Shown here: piece by piece, positions 10,299-19,328 of the stretch
Position numbering within the stretch: position 1 is the first letter of the stretch
Layout of the letters: the number at the start of each line of letters is the position of its first letter
NCBI GenBank assembly: GCA_963816145.1
Contig: CAWFJP010000031.1
Coordinates: forward strand, 128,001-192,000
DNA from: an uncultured delta proteobacterium
GTDB lineage: Bacteria; Desulfobacterota; Binatia; UBA9968
DNA: 64,000 nt
Reading direction: 5' to 3'
Notes under the pieces: model-generated
Seen by the model: only the letters and a program-made list of their open reading frames with translations
What the model was told of the DNA's origin: nothing
Databases searched by the model: none
Made by a program: the position numbers and the translations under genes

Positions 10299-11099
10299 AT
10301 GGAAGAGCAAGCGAAGAAAAAAGTTCATATTACTTGGGAGGAGGCCGTCAGGGCGGAGGCGGAGCAAGACAAAGCGAGACAGGCGCGCTGCCGGCCCATA
10401 CCACCAAGTCAGCTGAAACTTGGCACCACGCTTTTCGTTCCCGGACATGCCCCGAAATTAATGGCTTCAGCGCTGCGTCTCTGGGACGTTGCGTCTAACC
10501 GCAGGCTTAGGACAACGACGGAAACGGCGGGAGCGCATTCTCGAATATCGGAGATTCGACACGAAGATCCGCCGGTGGAATCCCAACGCGGTCGATTCGG
10601 ACCACTCGCGGTTGGCGTAAGGGAAGAATCTCGGCGATTTGATATTAAGCGCGGCCCGACGAAATCGGCAATCGCAATAATCCTGGGGATGGTTTTAGCG
10701 GCCGGTGTCGGGACGGTGTCCTATCTGAGTGTCAAGCGGGGAGCCATTACTCAGCAACACCCAGGTCATACGTCTGAGCCGGAGTTGACGGTTGGCGGCT
10801 CAAAGGCCCAGTCCACCGCGCCTCAAATCGCTTCAACGAAGCCTGAACCCGTTCGGCCGGAAGGCCAAGAAATCGTCGCGAAAAATGGGCCGAGCTATTT
10901 GGGGGACTTTGATGTCGTCGACAACTCCTTTGTTCGCGATAAACCCGAATCAAACGCCATCATCATCGCGACCCTGCAACCCGGCACGCGGGTGAGGGTG
11001 GAAAGCAAATCGGGAGAGTATCTACATGTTCGCTCATTGAACGATGCGCAGGTTGACGGTTATGTGCATGAAGAAGACGCCTTCTTTCAGGCGCATTAA
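10299..11099 (+). CDS. Membrane protein with C-terminal bacterial SH3-like domain
   Basis: One TM segment (IAIILGMVLAAGVGTVSYL) and VRDKPESNAIIIATLQPGTRVRV...GYVH. Confidence 0.6.
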   Translation: MEEQAKKKVHITWEEAVRAEAEQDKARQARCRPIPPSQLKLGTTLFVPGHAPKLMASALRLWDVASNRRLRTTTETAGAHSRISEIRHEDPPVESQRGRFGPLAVGVREESRRFDIKRGPTKSAIAIILGMVLAAGVGTVSYLSVKRGAITQQHPGHTSEPELTVGGSKAQSTAPQIASTKPEPVRPEGQEIVAKNGPSYLGDFDVVDNSFVRDKPESNAIIIATLQPGTRVRVESKSGEYLHVRSLNDAQVDGYVHEEDAFFQAH

Positions 11100-11294
11100 A
11101 GAATGAGGGTCTATCTCCGTCGGACCGACCCCGATGCTCGGCGAACCCTTAGACTGCCAGGGTAGTCGAGATGTAAAAATCAGACTATCTTGAATTTCCC
11201 TTTGGCGTGAAGCATCGATCTCGCCGGCCGCTAACTGGCGCGCGTCTCGGGTGTCAATCCATGCCCGATCGCTGTTATTGTATATACGTAATCG

Positions 11295-11582
11295 ATGTTC
11301 GACCGGGATCTGCGAAAGGCCCGGAGTAACCGGCGCAAGCACGGCGTATCGCTCGACGAGGCCGCCACGGCAGTCCTTGATCCGTACGGCATGGACGGTG
11401 AAGATTTGGATTCCTCGGCTTCCGAACTCCGCCGGTTGCGCCTAGCCAAAAGCAGCATGGGTAGAGTGCTGCTCGTAGCGGATACGATAAGGAGTAAAGA
11501 CGATGAAGAAACGACGCGGATCATCAGCGCGCGGCGCGCGAGCCGGAAAGAACGCAAGCGGTATGAAGCCGAAGACAATTGA
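11295..11582 (+). CDS. brnT: BrnT family toxin
   Basis: KARSNRRKHGVSLDEA...RIISARRASRKERKRYE. Confidence 0.88.
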   Translation: MFDRDLRKARSNRRKHGVSLDEAATAVLDPYGMDGEDLDSSASELRRLRLAKSSMGRVLLVADTIRSKDDEETTRIISARRASRKERKRYEAEDN

Positions 11583-11796
11583 TTTTTCCGATATTCCCGA
11601 ATTGACCGACCGTCAGCTATCGTCCATGCGGCGGGTCGGCAGACCGACTATGGGTGACGAGCCGAGGAAGCTCATCGCGATTCGTTTGGACGCAAAGGTA
11701 TTGGCTTGGTTGCGCAAGACTGCCGCGAAAAAAGGGCTGCCGTATCAGTCGCTCGTGAACGAGATTTTGGCGAGTGAGATGCGCAAGGCGAGTTAG
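11563..11796 (+). CDS. brnA: BrnA family antitoxin
   Basis: IDFSDIPEL...IAIRLDAKVLAWLR...YQSLVNEIL; overlaps brnT. Confidence 0.9.
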   Translation: MKPKTIDFSDIPELTDRQLSSMRRVGRPTMGDEPRKLIAIRLDAKVLAWLRKTAAKKGLPYQSLVNEILASEMRKAS

Positions 11797-11864
11797 GACT
11801 GAGTGAGGCGAACAAAAAATATCGAGTCAAGCATCTTGACTGCTACGACACTAGACCTGACCCC
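11787..11864 (+). repeat. Repeat family 1 terminus
   Basis: GGCGAGTTAGGACTGAGTGA...GCATCTTGACTGCTACGACACTAGACCTGACCCC. Confidence 0.85.
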
Positions 11865-12035
11865 GTGCGCGATACAAGCTGAGTCCCTCGACATCAGCGT
11901 GCTCGGACGCGATATAACGAGTCTCTTTGCAGCGATTGTCGATCGTCCCGGCGATGTTGTGGCGTTGCTAGGGCAACGTCATCGCTATCGCATCGAGCAG
12001 ATCTGATCAGACACCCTAGATTTCAAAAGAGTGGA

Positions 12036-12371
12036 ATGCGACCGGTCCCGCCGGAGGAACTTCTCGATCCAGCTTAGCGTGGTCCGACCCGCGCACGTTG
12101 GTCGGCGGTTCTGACGGATGAATGAGGCATCAGAGGACACGACGATCCGGATCGACACGTTTTTCAAAGCATTCGCGGAATTCTGGACGACCCGGCAAAT
12201 GAACTGCCACCAGCGTAACTCCGAAAAGGCGCTGCCGGCGAGGGTGAGAAAGTGGAGCGAACACAACAGGAGCGTGCCGGCAAGTTAGGACTCAGCGGCG
12301 CGCATAAAAAATACAAAGCAAAGAGCTGACGCTATTGGCATCTTGACTGCCACGACTCTAGACGTGATCCC
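12036..12371 (+). pseudogene. Decayed higA (VapI-type) antitoxin plus family 1 terminus
   Basis: MRPVPP..., AEFW...SEKALPARVRKWSEHNRSVPAS*, then CTGACGCTATTGGCATCTTGACTGCCACGACTCTAGACGTGATCCC. Confidence 0.7.
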
Positions 12372-12476
12372 GCGCCTCTGAAAGGCAATTTGGTCGCGGG
12401 AGCATTCTATGTATATGAAAATAAACGTATTTCTCTCTAATGACCGAGCAAGACATCAGGACTGTCCTGAATCTGC

Positions 12477-12502
12477 TTGATACGTACGGCGATTTGCCGT
12501 AC
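12477..12502 (+). promoter_or_regulatory. TA promoter/operator
   Basis: TTGATA followed by palindrome GTACGGC-GATTT-GCCGTAC upstream of the DUF1778 antitoxin. Confidence 0.6.
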
Positions 12503-12528
12503 AGTTGGCTTGGTAAAGGAGATTCGCC

Positions 12529-12837
12529 ATGGCCTCTATGGAAGCGCACGAAATTGCGGAAAGCCAGAGCAACAAGACGGCACGCCTTGAAGCACGGATC
12601 ACGGAAGAGCAGAAGGAGCTTTTCACTAAAGCTGCCGCGCTGGTTGGACGCTCTCTGAGCGACTTTGTTGTGACCTGCGTCTCTGAAACCGCCGCCCGCA
12701 CCGTGCGAGAACACGAGGTCATGACACTGAGCGTCCGTGATCGTGAAATTTTCGTCAGCGCTCTTCTCAATCCTCCAAAGCCTGGAGCACGACTCCGCAC
12801 GGCGGCGCGACGCTACAAAGAACATGCCGGCAAATAG
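12529..12837 (+). CDS. DUF1778 RHH antitoxin (TacA/AtaR type)
   Basis: ARLEARITEEQKELFTKAAALVGRSLSDFV...LLNPPKPGARLR. Confidence 0.92.
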   Translation: MASMEAHEIAESQSNKTARLEARITEEQKELFTKAAALVGRSLSDFVVTCVSETAARTVREHEVMTLSVRDREIFVSALLNPPKPGARLRTAARRYKEHAGK

Positions 12838-13368
12838 ATGCCGCCAGAGGCTCGGGCGTCATCATGGCTTGTCGAGCGGCTGGGGAAACATGACCGCGCG
12901 GCCTTCACCTGCGGCAACAAAATTCTTGACCGCTATCTGAAAGAGATAGCCAGCCAGGACGCCCGGCGCCTGGTGGCCGCGCCCTTTGTTCTTGTCGAAA
13001 CGGCAGCGCCCAGAAGGATCTGCGGTTACTATACTCTTTCCTCATTCGGCGTTGCTCCCGGTGAGTTGCCCGTCGATGTGGCGCAGAAGCTTCCGGGCTA
13101 TCCCATTTTGCCGGCAACGCTTCTCGGCCGGCTCGCCGTCGATCAGCAACACAGAGGGCAGGGCGCAGGCGAGTTTCTGCTCATGGACGCGCTGCACCGC
13201 GCCCATACTCAGACATCGCAGATCGCTTCCTTCGCCGTCATCGTCGACGCCATCGATGAACAAGCGGCGCGTTTTTATCGGCATTTTGATTTCCTTCCGT
13301 TTCCGGACCGGCCGGACCGGCTTTTTCTTCCGATGAAAACCATCGCCGTCCTATTTCCCACAACATAG
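12838..13368 (+). CDS. GNAT acetyltransferase toxin (TacT/AtaT type)
   Basis: HDRAAFTCG, GYYTLS, LLGRLAVDQQHRGQGAG, VDAIDEQAARFYRHF. Confidence 0.92.
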   Translation: MPPEARASSWLVERLGKHDRAAFTCGNKILDRYLKEIASQDARRLVAAPFVLVETAAPRRICGYYTLSSFGVAPGELPVDVAQKLPGYPILPATLLGRLAVDQQHRGQGAGEFLLMDALHRAHTQTSQIASFAVIVDAIDEQAARFYRHFDFLPFPDRPDRLFLPMKTIAVLFPTT

Positions 13369-13477
13369 AGCGAACAAGGTTCGAGCAAAAGAAAAATTGC
13401 ATCCCAGACGTCTCGCGCAGTTACTCTTTACTGCAATGTCGGCGCGCGGCGCGCGAGCCGTAAAGAACGAAAGCGGT

Positions 13478-13711
13478 ATGAAGTCGAAGCAAATTGACTT
13501 TTCCGATATTCCCGAATTGACCGACCGTCAGCTATCGTCCATGCGGCGGGTCGGCAGACCGACTGTGGGTGATGAGCCGAGGAAGCTCATCGCGATTCGT
13601 TTGGACGCAAAGGTTTTGGCTTGGTTGCGCAAGACTGCCGCGAAAAAAGGGCTGCCGTACCAGACGCTCGTGAACGAGATTTTGGCCAGTGAGATGCGCA
13701 AGGCGAGTTAG
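13478..13711 (+). CDS. brnA: Second BrnA copy, orphan; only the last ~40 nt of brnT remain upstream
   Basis: Near-identical to 11563-11796. Confidence 0.88.
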   Translation: MKSKQIDFSDIPELTDRQLSSMRRVGRPTVGDEPRKLIAIRLDAKVLAWLRKTAAKKGLPYQTLVNEILASEMRKAS

Positions 13712-13911
13712 GGCTGAGTGACGCGGCAAGCAATGCGCGATAAGTCCGGAAAGTCGTGAAGAAAAGTCCAACCCCGATCACTCCTGACCCCGCGCCTCGT
13801 CCGGCGGGCGCCGATGGCGGGGATGCACTTTGCCGCGTGGGTGGCGGTGCGGGGTGATACTTGACCCGAGGCCGGCGCCGTAAATCCCTTAACGAGCACG
13901 GGTTGCTTGGT

Positions 13912-13940
13912 TTGACCATTAGATAATTACCGTGGTAATT
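13912..13940 (+). promoter_or_regulatory. vapBC promoter/operator
   Basis: TTGACC followed by palindrome AATTACC-GT-GGTAATT. Confidence 0.62.
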
Positions 13941-13947
13941 TAATGTC

Positions 13948-14211
13948 ATGGCTTTGGCGCAATCAAAAGTGACGGCTCAGGGGCAGATTTCCGTTCCGGC
14001 GGAAGTGCGGCGAAAACTCGGCATCGGCCCAGGCTCGGTGCTCGAATGGGACGAGGAAGGCGACGCCGTCGTCGTGCGCAAAGCCGGCCGGCATACCTCG
14101 GAAGAGATTCATCGGGCGATCTTTGGTCGGCGGGCGCCGGCGGCGAAGAAGGTGGAAGAGTTCGATGACGGCGTCCGGCGTTATCTGAAGAAAAAACATG
14201 CGCGCCGTTGA
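13948..14211 (+). CDS. AbrB/MazE/SpoVT antitoxin
   Basis: SKVTAQGQISVPAEVRRKLGIGPG. Confidence 0.92.
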   Translation: MALAQSKVTAQGQISVPAEVRRKLGIGPGSVLEWDEEGDAVVVRKAGRHTSEEIHRAIFGRRAPAAKKVEEFDDGVRRYLKKKHARR

Positions 14212-14578
14212 CACCAACGTCCTGGTCCGTCTGGTCGCGCGCGACGACCCCAAGCAGGTTACTGCCGCGGAATCATTCGTGAGCAAAGGGGCGTGGGTGT
14301 CGACGCTGGTTCTCATGGAAGCGACTTGGGTTCTCACGGCTGTGTACGACCTGACCCACGCGGATATCGCGACGGCCATCGACATGCTTTTGCACCACCG
14401 AGATCTGACCCTTCAAGAGCCCGACAGCGTGGCCGCTGCGCTCGAGCAGTATCGCAACCGGCCGGCGTTGGGGTTCGCCGATTGTATGATCCTCGAAGCA
14501 GCGCGGAAAGCCGGCCACCTGCCATTGGGAACCTTCGACCGCAATCTCGCCAAACTCGACGGCGCCGAAGGATTGTAG
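14198..14578 (+). CDS. vapC: VapC PIN-domain toxin
   Basis: AVDTNVLVR...FADCMI...TFD. Confidence 0.92.
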   Translation: MRAVDTNVLVRLVARDDPKQVTAAESFVSKGAWVSTLVLMEATWVLTAVYDLTHADIATAIDMLLHHRDLTLQEPDSVAAALEQYRNRPALGFADCMILEAARKAGHLPLGTFDRNLAKLDGAEGL

Positions 14579-14786
14579 ATCCAACGCATTTTGCCTTTTC
14601 CAAATTTCCGCCTGTTCGCGAAAAATTCTCTGGCGGTTGGTTCCGATGGCGTCGGCTCATTATGCGACGGTGGCTGCAGCGCTGCTCTCCGGCTGGGTGG
14701 GGGCGCGGGCCAAGGCTTAATGCTTTTCAGTGGAGTCAACGCGACCGGGAAGCCGATTTGGTGCAGGTCTGGAATTACGATCTCTG

Positions 14787-14815
14787 TTGACGACATGTCA
14801 GGTCTGACATACACT
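14787..14815 (+). promoter_or_regulatory. Sigma70 promoter with operator
   Basis: TTGACG-17 nt-TACACT; ATGTCAG-GT-CTGACAT palindrome in the spacer. Confidence 0.7.
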
Positions 14816-15156
14816 TGGCGTCGGTGGCCTCGGCAGATAAACCGCTTGTCTGGTTGAAAGGAGAAATAAAAACTCCGCCGTTCTCGTCGACCGCCAGATT
14901 GGAAGCAGGGTATTTGCTTCGCAGGCTGCAGCAGGGCGATACGCCGGCGATGCCTCATTCTCGACCGCTGCCGTCGGTCGGCTCGCGTTGCCATGAGTTG
15001 CGAATCAACGACGAGCGAGCGACGTGGCGGATTATTTATCGGATCGATTCGGACGCGATCATCATCATCGCGGTCTTCAGTAAAAAGACCAGGGCGACCC
15101 CCAAGGCGGTCATTGACGAATGCAAAAAGCGATTAAGGAATTACGACCATGCGTAA
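14815..15156 (+). CDS. higB: RelE/HigB-like toxin (Gp49/DUF891 type); start may be GTG 14824
   Basis: KPLVWLKGEIKTPPFS...SRPLPSVGSRCHELRI...VFSKKT. Confidence 0.85.
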   Translation: MASVASADKPLVWLKGEIKTPPFSSTARLEAGYLLRRLQQGDTPAMPHSRPLPSVGSRCHELRINDERATWRIIYRIDSDAIIIIAVFSKKTRATPKAVIDECKKRLRNYDHA

Positions 15157-15472
15157 GCAAAAGAAAAAACGTCTGGAGGCGAAGGGTTGGAAAATCGGCA
15201 CCGTCAAAGAGTTTTTGGGTCTATCCGACGAGGAGTCCGCATACATCGAGTTAAAGGTGAAGCTTGCAGCCGGTCTGAAGCAGCGGCGGCAGCAACAAGG
15301 TTTGTCGCAGCTGGAGCTCGCGGCAAAACTTCAATCGAGCCAATCGCGTGTCGCCAAGATGGAAGCAGGCGACCCCTCGGTTTCCTTGGATCTGTTGGTC
15401 CGTTCCCTCATTACGCTCGGGACTTCGGACCGCGAGCTGTCTCAGATCATCGCCACTCGCCGAGCCGCGTAA
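15149..15472 (+). CDS. higA: XRE-HTH antitoxin
   Basis: LSQLELAAKLQSSQSRVAKMEAGDPSVSLD; follows the toxin. Confidence 0.85.
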   Translation: MRKQKKKRLEAKGWKIGTVKEFLGLSDEESAYIELKVKLAAGLKQRRQQQGLSQLELAAKLQSSQSRVAKMEAGDPSVSLDLLVRSLITLGTSDRELSQIIATRRAA

Positions 15473-15736
15473 CCGGACGTGCCGTAGAGCAATTGACAAT
15501 CGGCTCGGTGGGTAATCCGGGATAATTCGTCCAACCTGAAAGACAGGACCGCGCTCTCGCGTTGACCACGTGGTGAGACCGACGCAAATCCGAAATATCA
15601 AACTGCAAGATGCGACCCCGGTGCCCCGGTCTGGGGCTTTTCTCCGATCGCGAAGGTATATACTCGCCGCTTCGCCGATGTCTTCTTCTCACATTTGTAA
15701 TTCAGAGGGATGCTGGCCCAACGCTATCAGCGTTCC

Positions 15737-15765
15737 TTGATTGTGACTACAATTAGAACTACAAT
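15737..15765 (+). promoter_or_regulatory. Sigma70 promoter, probably leaderless
   Basis: TTGATT-17 nt-TACAAT, ACTACAATT repeated twice; GTG start 6 nt downstream. Confidence 0.65.
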
Positions 15766-15771
15766 TCTCGC

Positions 15772-16065
15772 GTGAATGAAATCGTCTTCTCTCCGGCCGC
15801 GGTGCGCCAGTTCAAACGGCTGCCTGCCGCGGCCCGAAGGCTGATTAAGGAGAGCATACGCGAACGTTTGTCGGAACAAGATCCTACGGAAGAAACCCGC
15901 AATCGCTTTCGGTTGCGGCGAATCTCTGAGCACGCGGATTACGAGCTTCGCGTTGATCCGTGGCGCGTATTTTACCGTGTCCAAAATAAATCAGTGACAG
16001 TTGAGCTGATTGGACAGAAGAAGGGGAACGTCCTCTTGATCGAAGGGAAGGAGTTTGCGCTGTGA
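15772..16065 (+). CDS. RelE/ParE family toxin
   Basis: IVFSPAAVRQFKRL...YELRVDPWRVFYRV. Confidence 0.85.
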   Translation: MNEIVFSPAAVRQFKRLPAAARRLIKESIRERLSEQDPTEETRNRFRLRRISEHADYELRVDPWRVFYRVQNKSVTVELIGQKKGNVLLIEGKEFAL

Positions 16066-16310
16066 AAATCGAAAGTCTCCGTGAAGTTAAAGCAAATTTG
16101 AGCAAGATCGTTAACGAGTTGCCTTCGGAACGGTCGGTCGTGATCACCAAAAATGGCCGTCCTTGCGCGGTGCTTTTCCCTGTCACCGAGGACACAGACA
16201 TTGAAAGCATGGTGCTCGCGCAAAATAAGGAGTTCTGGCAACTCATGGACCGCGCTCACAAAGAAGGAGAAAAAAAGGGGTTTACCAGACTCGAAGACTT
16301 GCCTGATTAG
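16062..16310 (+). CDS. Phd/YefM antitoxin
   Basis: SLREVKANLSKIV...VVITKNGRPCAVL. Confidence 0.9.
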   Translation: MKIESLREVKANLSKIVNELPSERSVVITKNGRPCAVLFPVTEDTDIESMVLAQNKEFWQLMDRAHKEGEKKGFTRLEDLPD

Positions 16311-16313
16311 GCG

Positions 16314-16559
16314 ATGCGACCGGTTCCGCCGGGAGAAATTCTTATCGAGGAGTTTTTGCAACCCCCGGGTCTCACGGCAAGCGCGCGAGCCAAGGCGACC
16401 TGCGCAACGCCGAAAAGGCGCTGCCGGCGAGGGTGAGAAAGAGGATCGAACAAAACAGGAGCGTGCCGGCGAGTTAGAACCGAGTGACGCGAACAAGAAA
16501 TATAAAGTAATGATCTGACGCTATCGGCATCTTGACTGCTACGACTCTAGACCTGACCC
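16314..16559 (+). pseudogene. Internally deleted higA plus family 1 terminus
   Basis: MRPVPPGEILIEEFLQPPGLTASARAKA joined to DLRNAEKALPARVRKRIEQNRSVPAS*, then ...GGCATCTTGACTGCTACGACTCTAGACCTGACCC. Confidence 0.8.
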
Positions 16560-16615
16560 GATTTCCTGTGCTGTTAACAAAAAATTTGACCCCTTTGGCT
16601 GGTTCCCGCCGTTTC

Positions 16616-17329
16616 TCACATCTGGAGCGAGAGAAACTCATCGATGGCGCGGTTCACTTCTGCAGGCCGCTCGGCGAAGGGGAAATGACCGCAACCGTTT
16701 AGCTTCACGTACTGTGAACCGGCAACAGCCTGGTGGATCTCGAGCTCGTATTCCGGCGTCTTGGCCGGATCGTCGACGCCGCGGATCAAAAGCAGCGGCG
16801 GCTCGAGAGTATGAATGCGGTCCCGGACATCGAACTGATCGATCGCGACAAAATCACGATACTGCGACAATGGACCCACCCGACGGTGACATTCGACGAG
16901 ACGTTCGCCCAGCTCCGGCTCCATAAACGAAAATTGATGCCGCATGAGCTCCAGCCATTGCCGGTACGACTCGGGATCCGCCGTGGCTTTCGAGCGCAGC
17001 TCCAGCGCCCCCGGCGCGCGCTCGCGCGGGCGCATGCCCGTCGTCATCAGCACCAGCGCCTTGACCTCGTCGGGATAGTCGAGAGCGTATTGGAGCGCGA
17101 TGCAACCGCCCAAGGTATAGCCCACCAGCACCAGCTCTTTCCGTTTGCCTTGCGACCATAACCAGCCTCTCAGCCATTCCGCATATCGCTCCACACTCGT
17201 ACAAGCGGCTCCTTCGGGATGTCCCGGCAAGGTTGGCGCGAGGCTGCCCGGATAATGCTCGAGCTGATACACGAACGATTCGGCGCACCCGCCGGCGCCG
17301 GGCCCGTGAATGAAAACCATCTGCGTCAT
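16616..17329 (-). CDS. Alpha/beta hydrolase
   Basis: VFIHGPG, GYTLGG elbow, GHFPFAE. Confidence 0.88.
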   Translation of the reverse strand: MTQMVFIHGPGAGGCAESFVYQLEHYPGSLAPTLPGHPEGAACTSVERYAEWLRGWLWSQGKRKELVLVGYTLGGCIALQYALDYPDEVKALVLMTTGMRPRERAPGALELRSKATADPESYRQWLELMRHQFSFMEPELGERLVECHRRVGPLSQYRDFVAIDQFDVRDRIHTLEPPLLLIRGVDDPAKTPEYELEIHQAVAGSQYVKLNGCGHFPFAERPAEVNRAIDEFLSLQM

Positions 17330-17357
17330 AGGTTGTTCGGCCTCCTTGGGTCCTAGG

Positions 17358-18710
17358 CTAGGCGCACAATTGACTCAGCTCCCGCACATCCGCCAGCCGA
17401 TCGAGTCTCTGTACCAGATCGCGCACGCGCCGCGCCCGGTCGGCGCCGATGACGGGTTCCGCGTTGGCCAAAAATTTAGCTTCGATCTCCGCATCGCTCA
17501 TGGGATTGTCCGCGGTGCCGCCGGCATGCTCGACGAAAGTTCGGTGGCGCACGCCGGCGACGGTGGCGACCGCCTCTGCCTGATCGCTGCGCAGTGAAGG
17601 ATCGGTCGTCACTTTGATCTTCTGGCGCAGCGCGACTACGGCCGGGTCGCCGGCGCGCTCGTCCATGTACTGCGGGATGCGCGCGGCGCCGTCGATCCAG
17701 GCCACGGCGGCGCTGTGATAGATGCTGAATTTCGATTGCAGACCGGTGTCGGGAGTCTCGACTCCGGTAACCGAAATCACCAATGGATTGACGCGCAGCG
17801 CTATCGCTTCGATGCGCGTGGGATCGACGCCGCCCTGGGAGCGTATGGCGATCACCGCATCGATCGCCGGATGTTGAACCACGCCGCAGGCGTAGGGTTT
17901 GTGCCCGTTGCGCTCGATTTCCCAGCCCGTGCCCAAATTCTGAACGAGCTCGTCGGGCGACGCCGCGTCACTGTAAATGCGGCAATAGCCGCGCTTGCCC
18001 TCGATGATTTCCAGCGAGCCGTCGAAACCGCCCTCGGCAAGCAGGGCAGCCAGCACCCCGCTCGATGCCGCCTTGCCGGCGTGAAAGGATTTGCACATGG
18101 TGCCGCGATTTTGCTGCATGCCCGCGGATTGGGTCGCGGCGATCGCCATCGCGTAGGTCAGCCGTTGGGCGTCGAGCCCGAGTAGTTTTCCTGCCGCCAC
18201 AGCCGCGGCGATGCTGCCGAGCGTGCCGGTCAAATGCCAGCCGCCCTTGTGATGCCCCGGCGCCGTTCGGCCGCTGCGTACTCCGGCTTCGAATCCTACC
18301 GCGTAGGCCATGAGAAATTCCGCGCCGCTCGCCGACCCTCGCTCCGCCAGTGAAAACAGCGCCGGAAGGGTCGGCGAGCTCGCGTGCAGCAGAGTGCCGC
18401 CCATGTGGGTGTCGTCGTAGTCGAGCAGGTGCCCGGCCTGCCCGTTGGCGATCGGCGCATCGAGGAATCCAAGTTTTAGACTGCGTCCGAACACCGTCGC
18501 CTGGGGTTTGCCGCCGCACTCTTGCAGCACCAGGAGCAAACGATCGAGCGTCGGATGCCTGCTCCCGGCCAGCGCGCAGCCCAGCCAGTCGAGCACGCCG
18601 CGCCTTCCTTCATCGACGGCTTTCTTGGGCAGGTCGGAAAATTGCGCCGCTGCCATGCGCGCGCAGAATTTTTGCGTCACGCCGATAATTTCTTGCGCTG
18701 CTTGGTTCAC
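17358..18710 (-). CDS. MmgE/PrpD family protein
   Basis: GHLLDYDDTH, GWHLTGT, KSFHAG, KPYACG, SKFSIY. Confidence 0.93.
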   Translation of the reverse strand: MNQAAQEIIGVTQKFCARMAAAQFSDLPKKAVDEGRRGVLDWLGCALAGSRHPTLDRLLLVLQECGGKPQATVFGRSLKLGFLDAPIANGQAGHLLDYDDTHMGGTLLHASSPTLPALFSLAERGSASGAEFLMAYAVGFEAGVRSGRTAPGHHKGGWHLTGTLGSIAAAVAAGKLLGLDAQRLTYAMAIAATQSAGMQQNRGTMCKSFHAGKAASSGVLAALLAEGGFDGSLEIIEGKRGYCRIYSDAASPDELVQNLGTGWEIERNGHKPYACGVVQHPAIDAVIAIRSQGGVDPTRIEAIALRVNPLVISVTGVETPDTGLQSKFSIYHSAAVAWIDGAARIPQYMDERAGDPAVVALRQKIKVTTDPSLRSDQAEAVATVAGVRHRTFVEHAGGTADNPMSDAEIEAKFLANAEPVIGADRARRVRDLVQRLDRLADVRELSQLCA

Positions 18711-18757
18711 GCGCCACCTCGTTCATCCAACTGACACGGTGTTGAAAAGCCTTGATT

Positions 18758-18903
18758 CAGGCTGTTCAAAAAGGTCCAGATGCGAGGCGCGCGAGAAATC
18801 GATCCTTCGACTTCGCTCAGGACAGGCTCGAGGCGTATTTACTGATACGTTGGAGCGAGGCGATCGAGCGCAACGAAGCAGGTGGGCCTTTTTCAACGGC
18901 CTG
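18758..18903. mobile_element. MITE with nested REP-like unit
   Basis: TIRs CAGGCTGTTCAAAAAGG / CCTTTTTCAACGGCCTG; internal CCTTCGACTTCGCTCAGGACAGG. Confidence 0.7.
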
Positions 18904-18959
18904 CTAACCCTGACTTACTCCAGCCGGCAACTTGATTGCAATGGGATGAGAAAGCGCGC

Positions 18960-19187
18960 GAGGGTCGGGGACTTGAATTCTGTTGAGCAGATGAAGAGCA
19001 AACTCGGATTAAAAGCGGCACATCGCGATTGTTCTAAGTTGAGCGCTGATTCGCTCGTAATCCAAAATTGATTGGGTGAAGCTTACGGGTTCAATTTTAC
19101 CGGCGAAAATGAGATGCTAAGCTCCGAAAACGCTAGGTTTTGGGACGAAAATCCTGAAGCTGCAGCGACTTAGCTTGGTCCGACCCC
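18960..19187 (+). pseudogene. Probable REP-associated tyrosine transposase (RAYT) C-terminal remnant; repeat family 3 copy 2
   Basis: VGDLNSVEQMKSKLGLKAAHRD ... AYGFNFTGENEMLSSENARFWDENPEAAAT*, then CTTGGTCCGACCCC. Family assignment from recall only. Confidence 0.55.
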
Positions 19188-19197
19188 GCACGTCCTC

Positions 19198-19246
19198 GAT
19201 CTGACGCTTTCGGCATCTCGACTGCTACGACTCTAGACCCGGCGCC
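19198..19246 (+). repeat. Family 1 terminus
   Basis: GATCTGACGCTTTCGGCATCTCGACTGCTACGACTCTAGACCCGGCGCC. Confidence 0.8.
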
Positions 19247-19285
19247 TTGCCCAGCGACCCTCAAGGCCCTGCTGTGATGTCACCC

Positions 19286-19316
19286 TTGACCGATGTTCGC
19301 AATAATGAGAACATCG
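19286..19316 (+). promoter_or_regulatory. higBA promoter/operator
   Basis: TTGACC overlapping palindrome CGATGTTC-N10-GAACATCG. Confidence 0.62.
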
Positions 19317-19328
19317 AATATAGGACCT

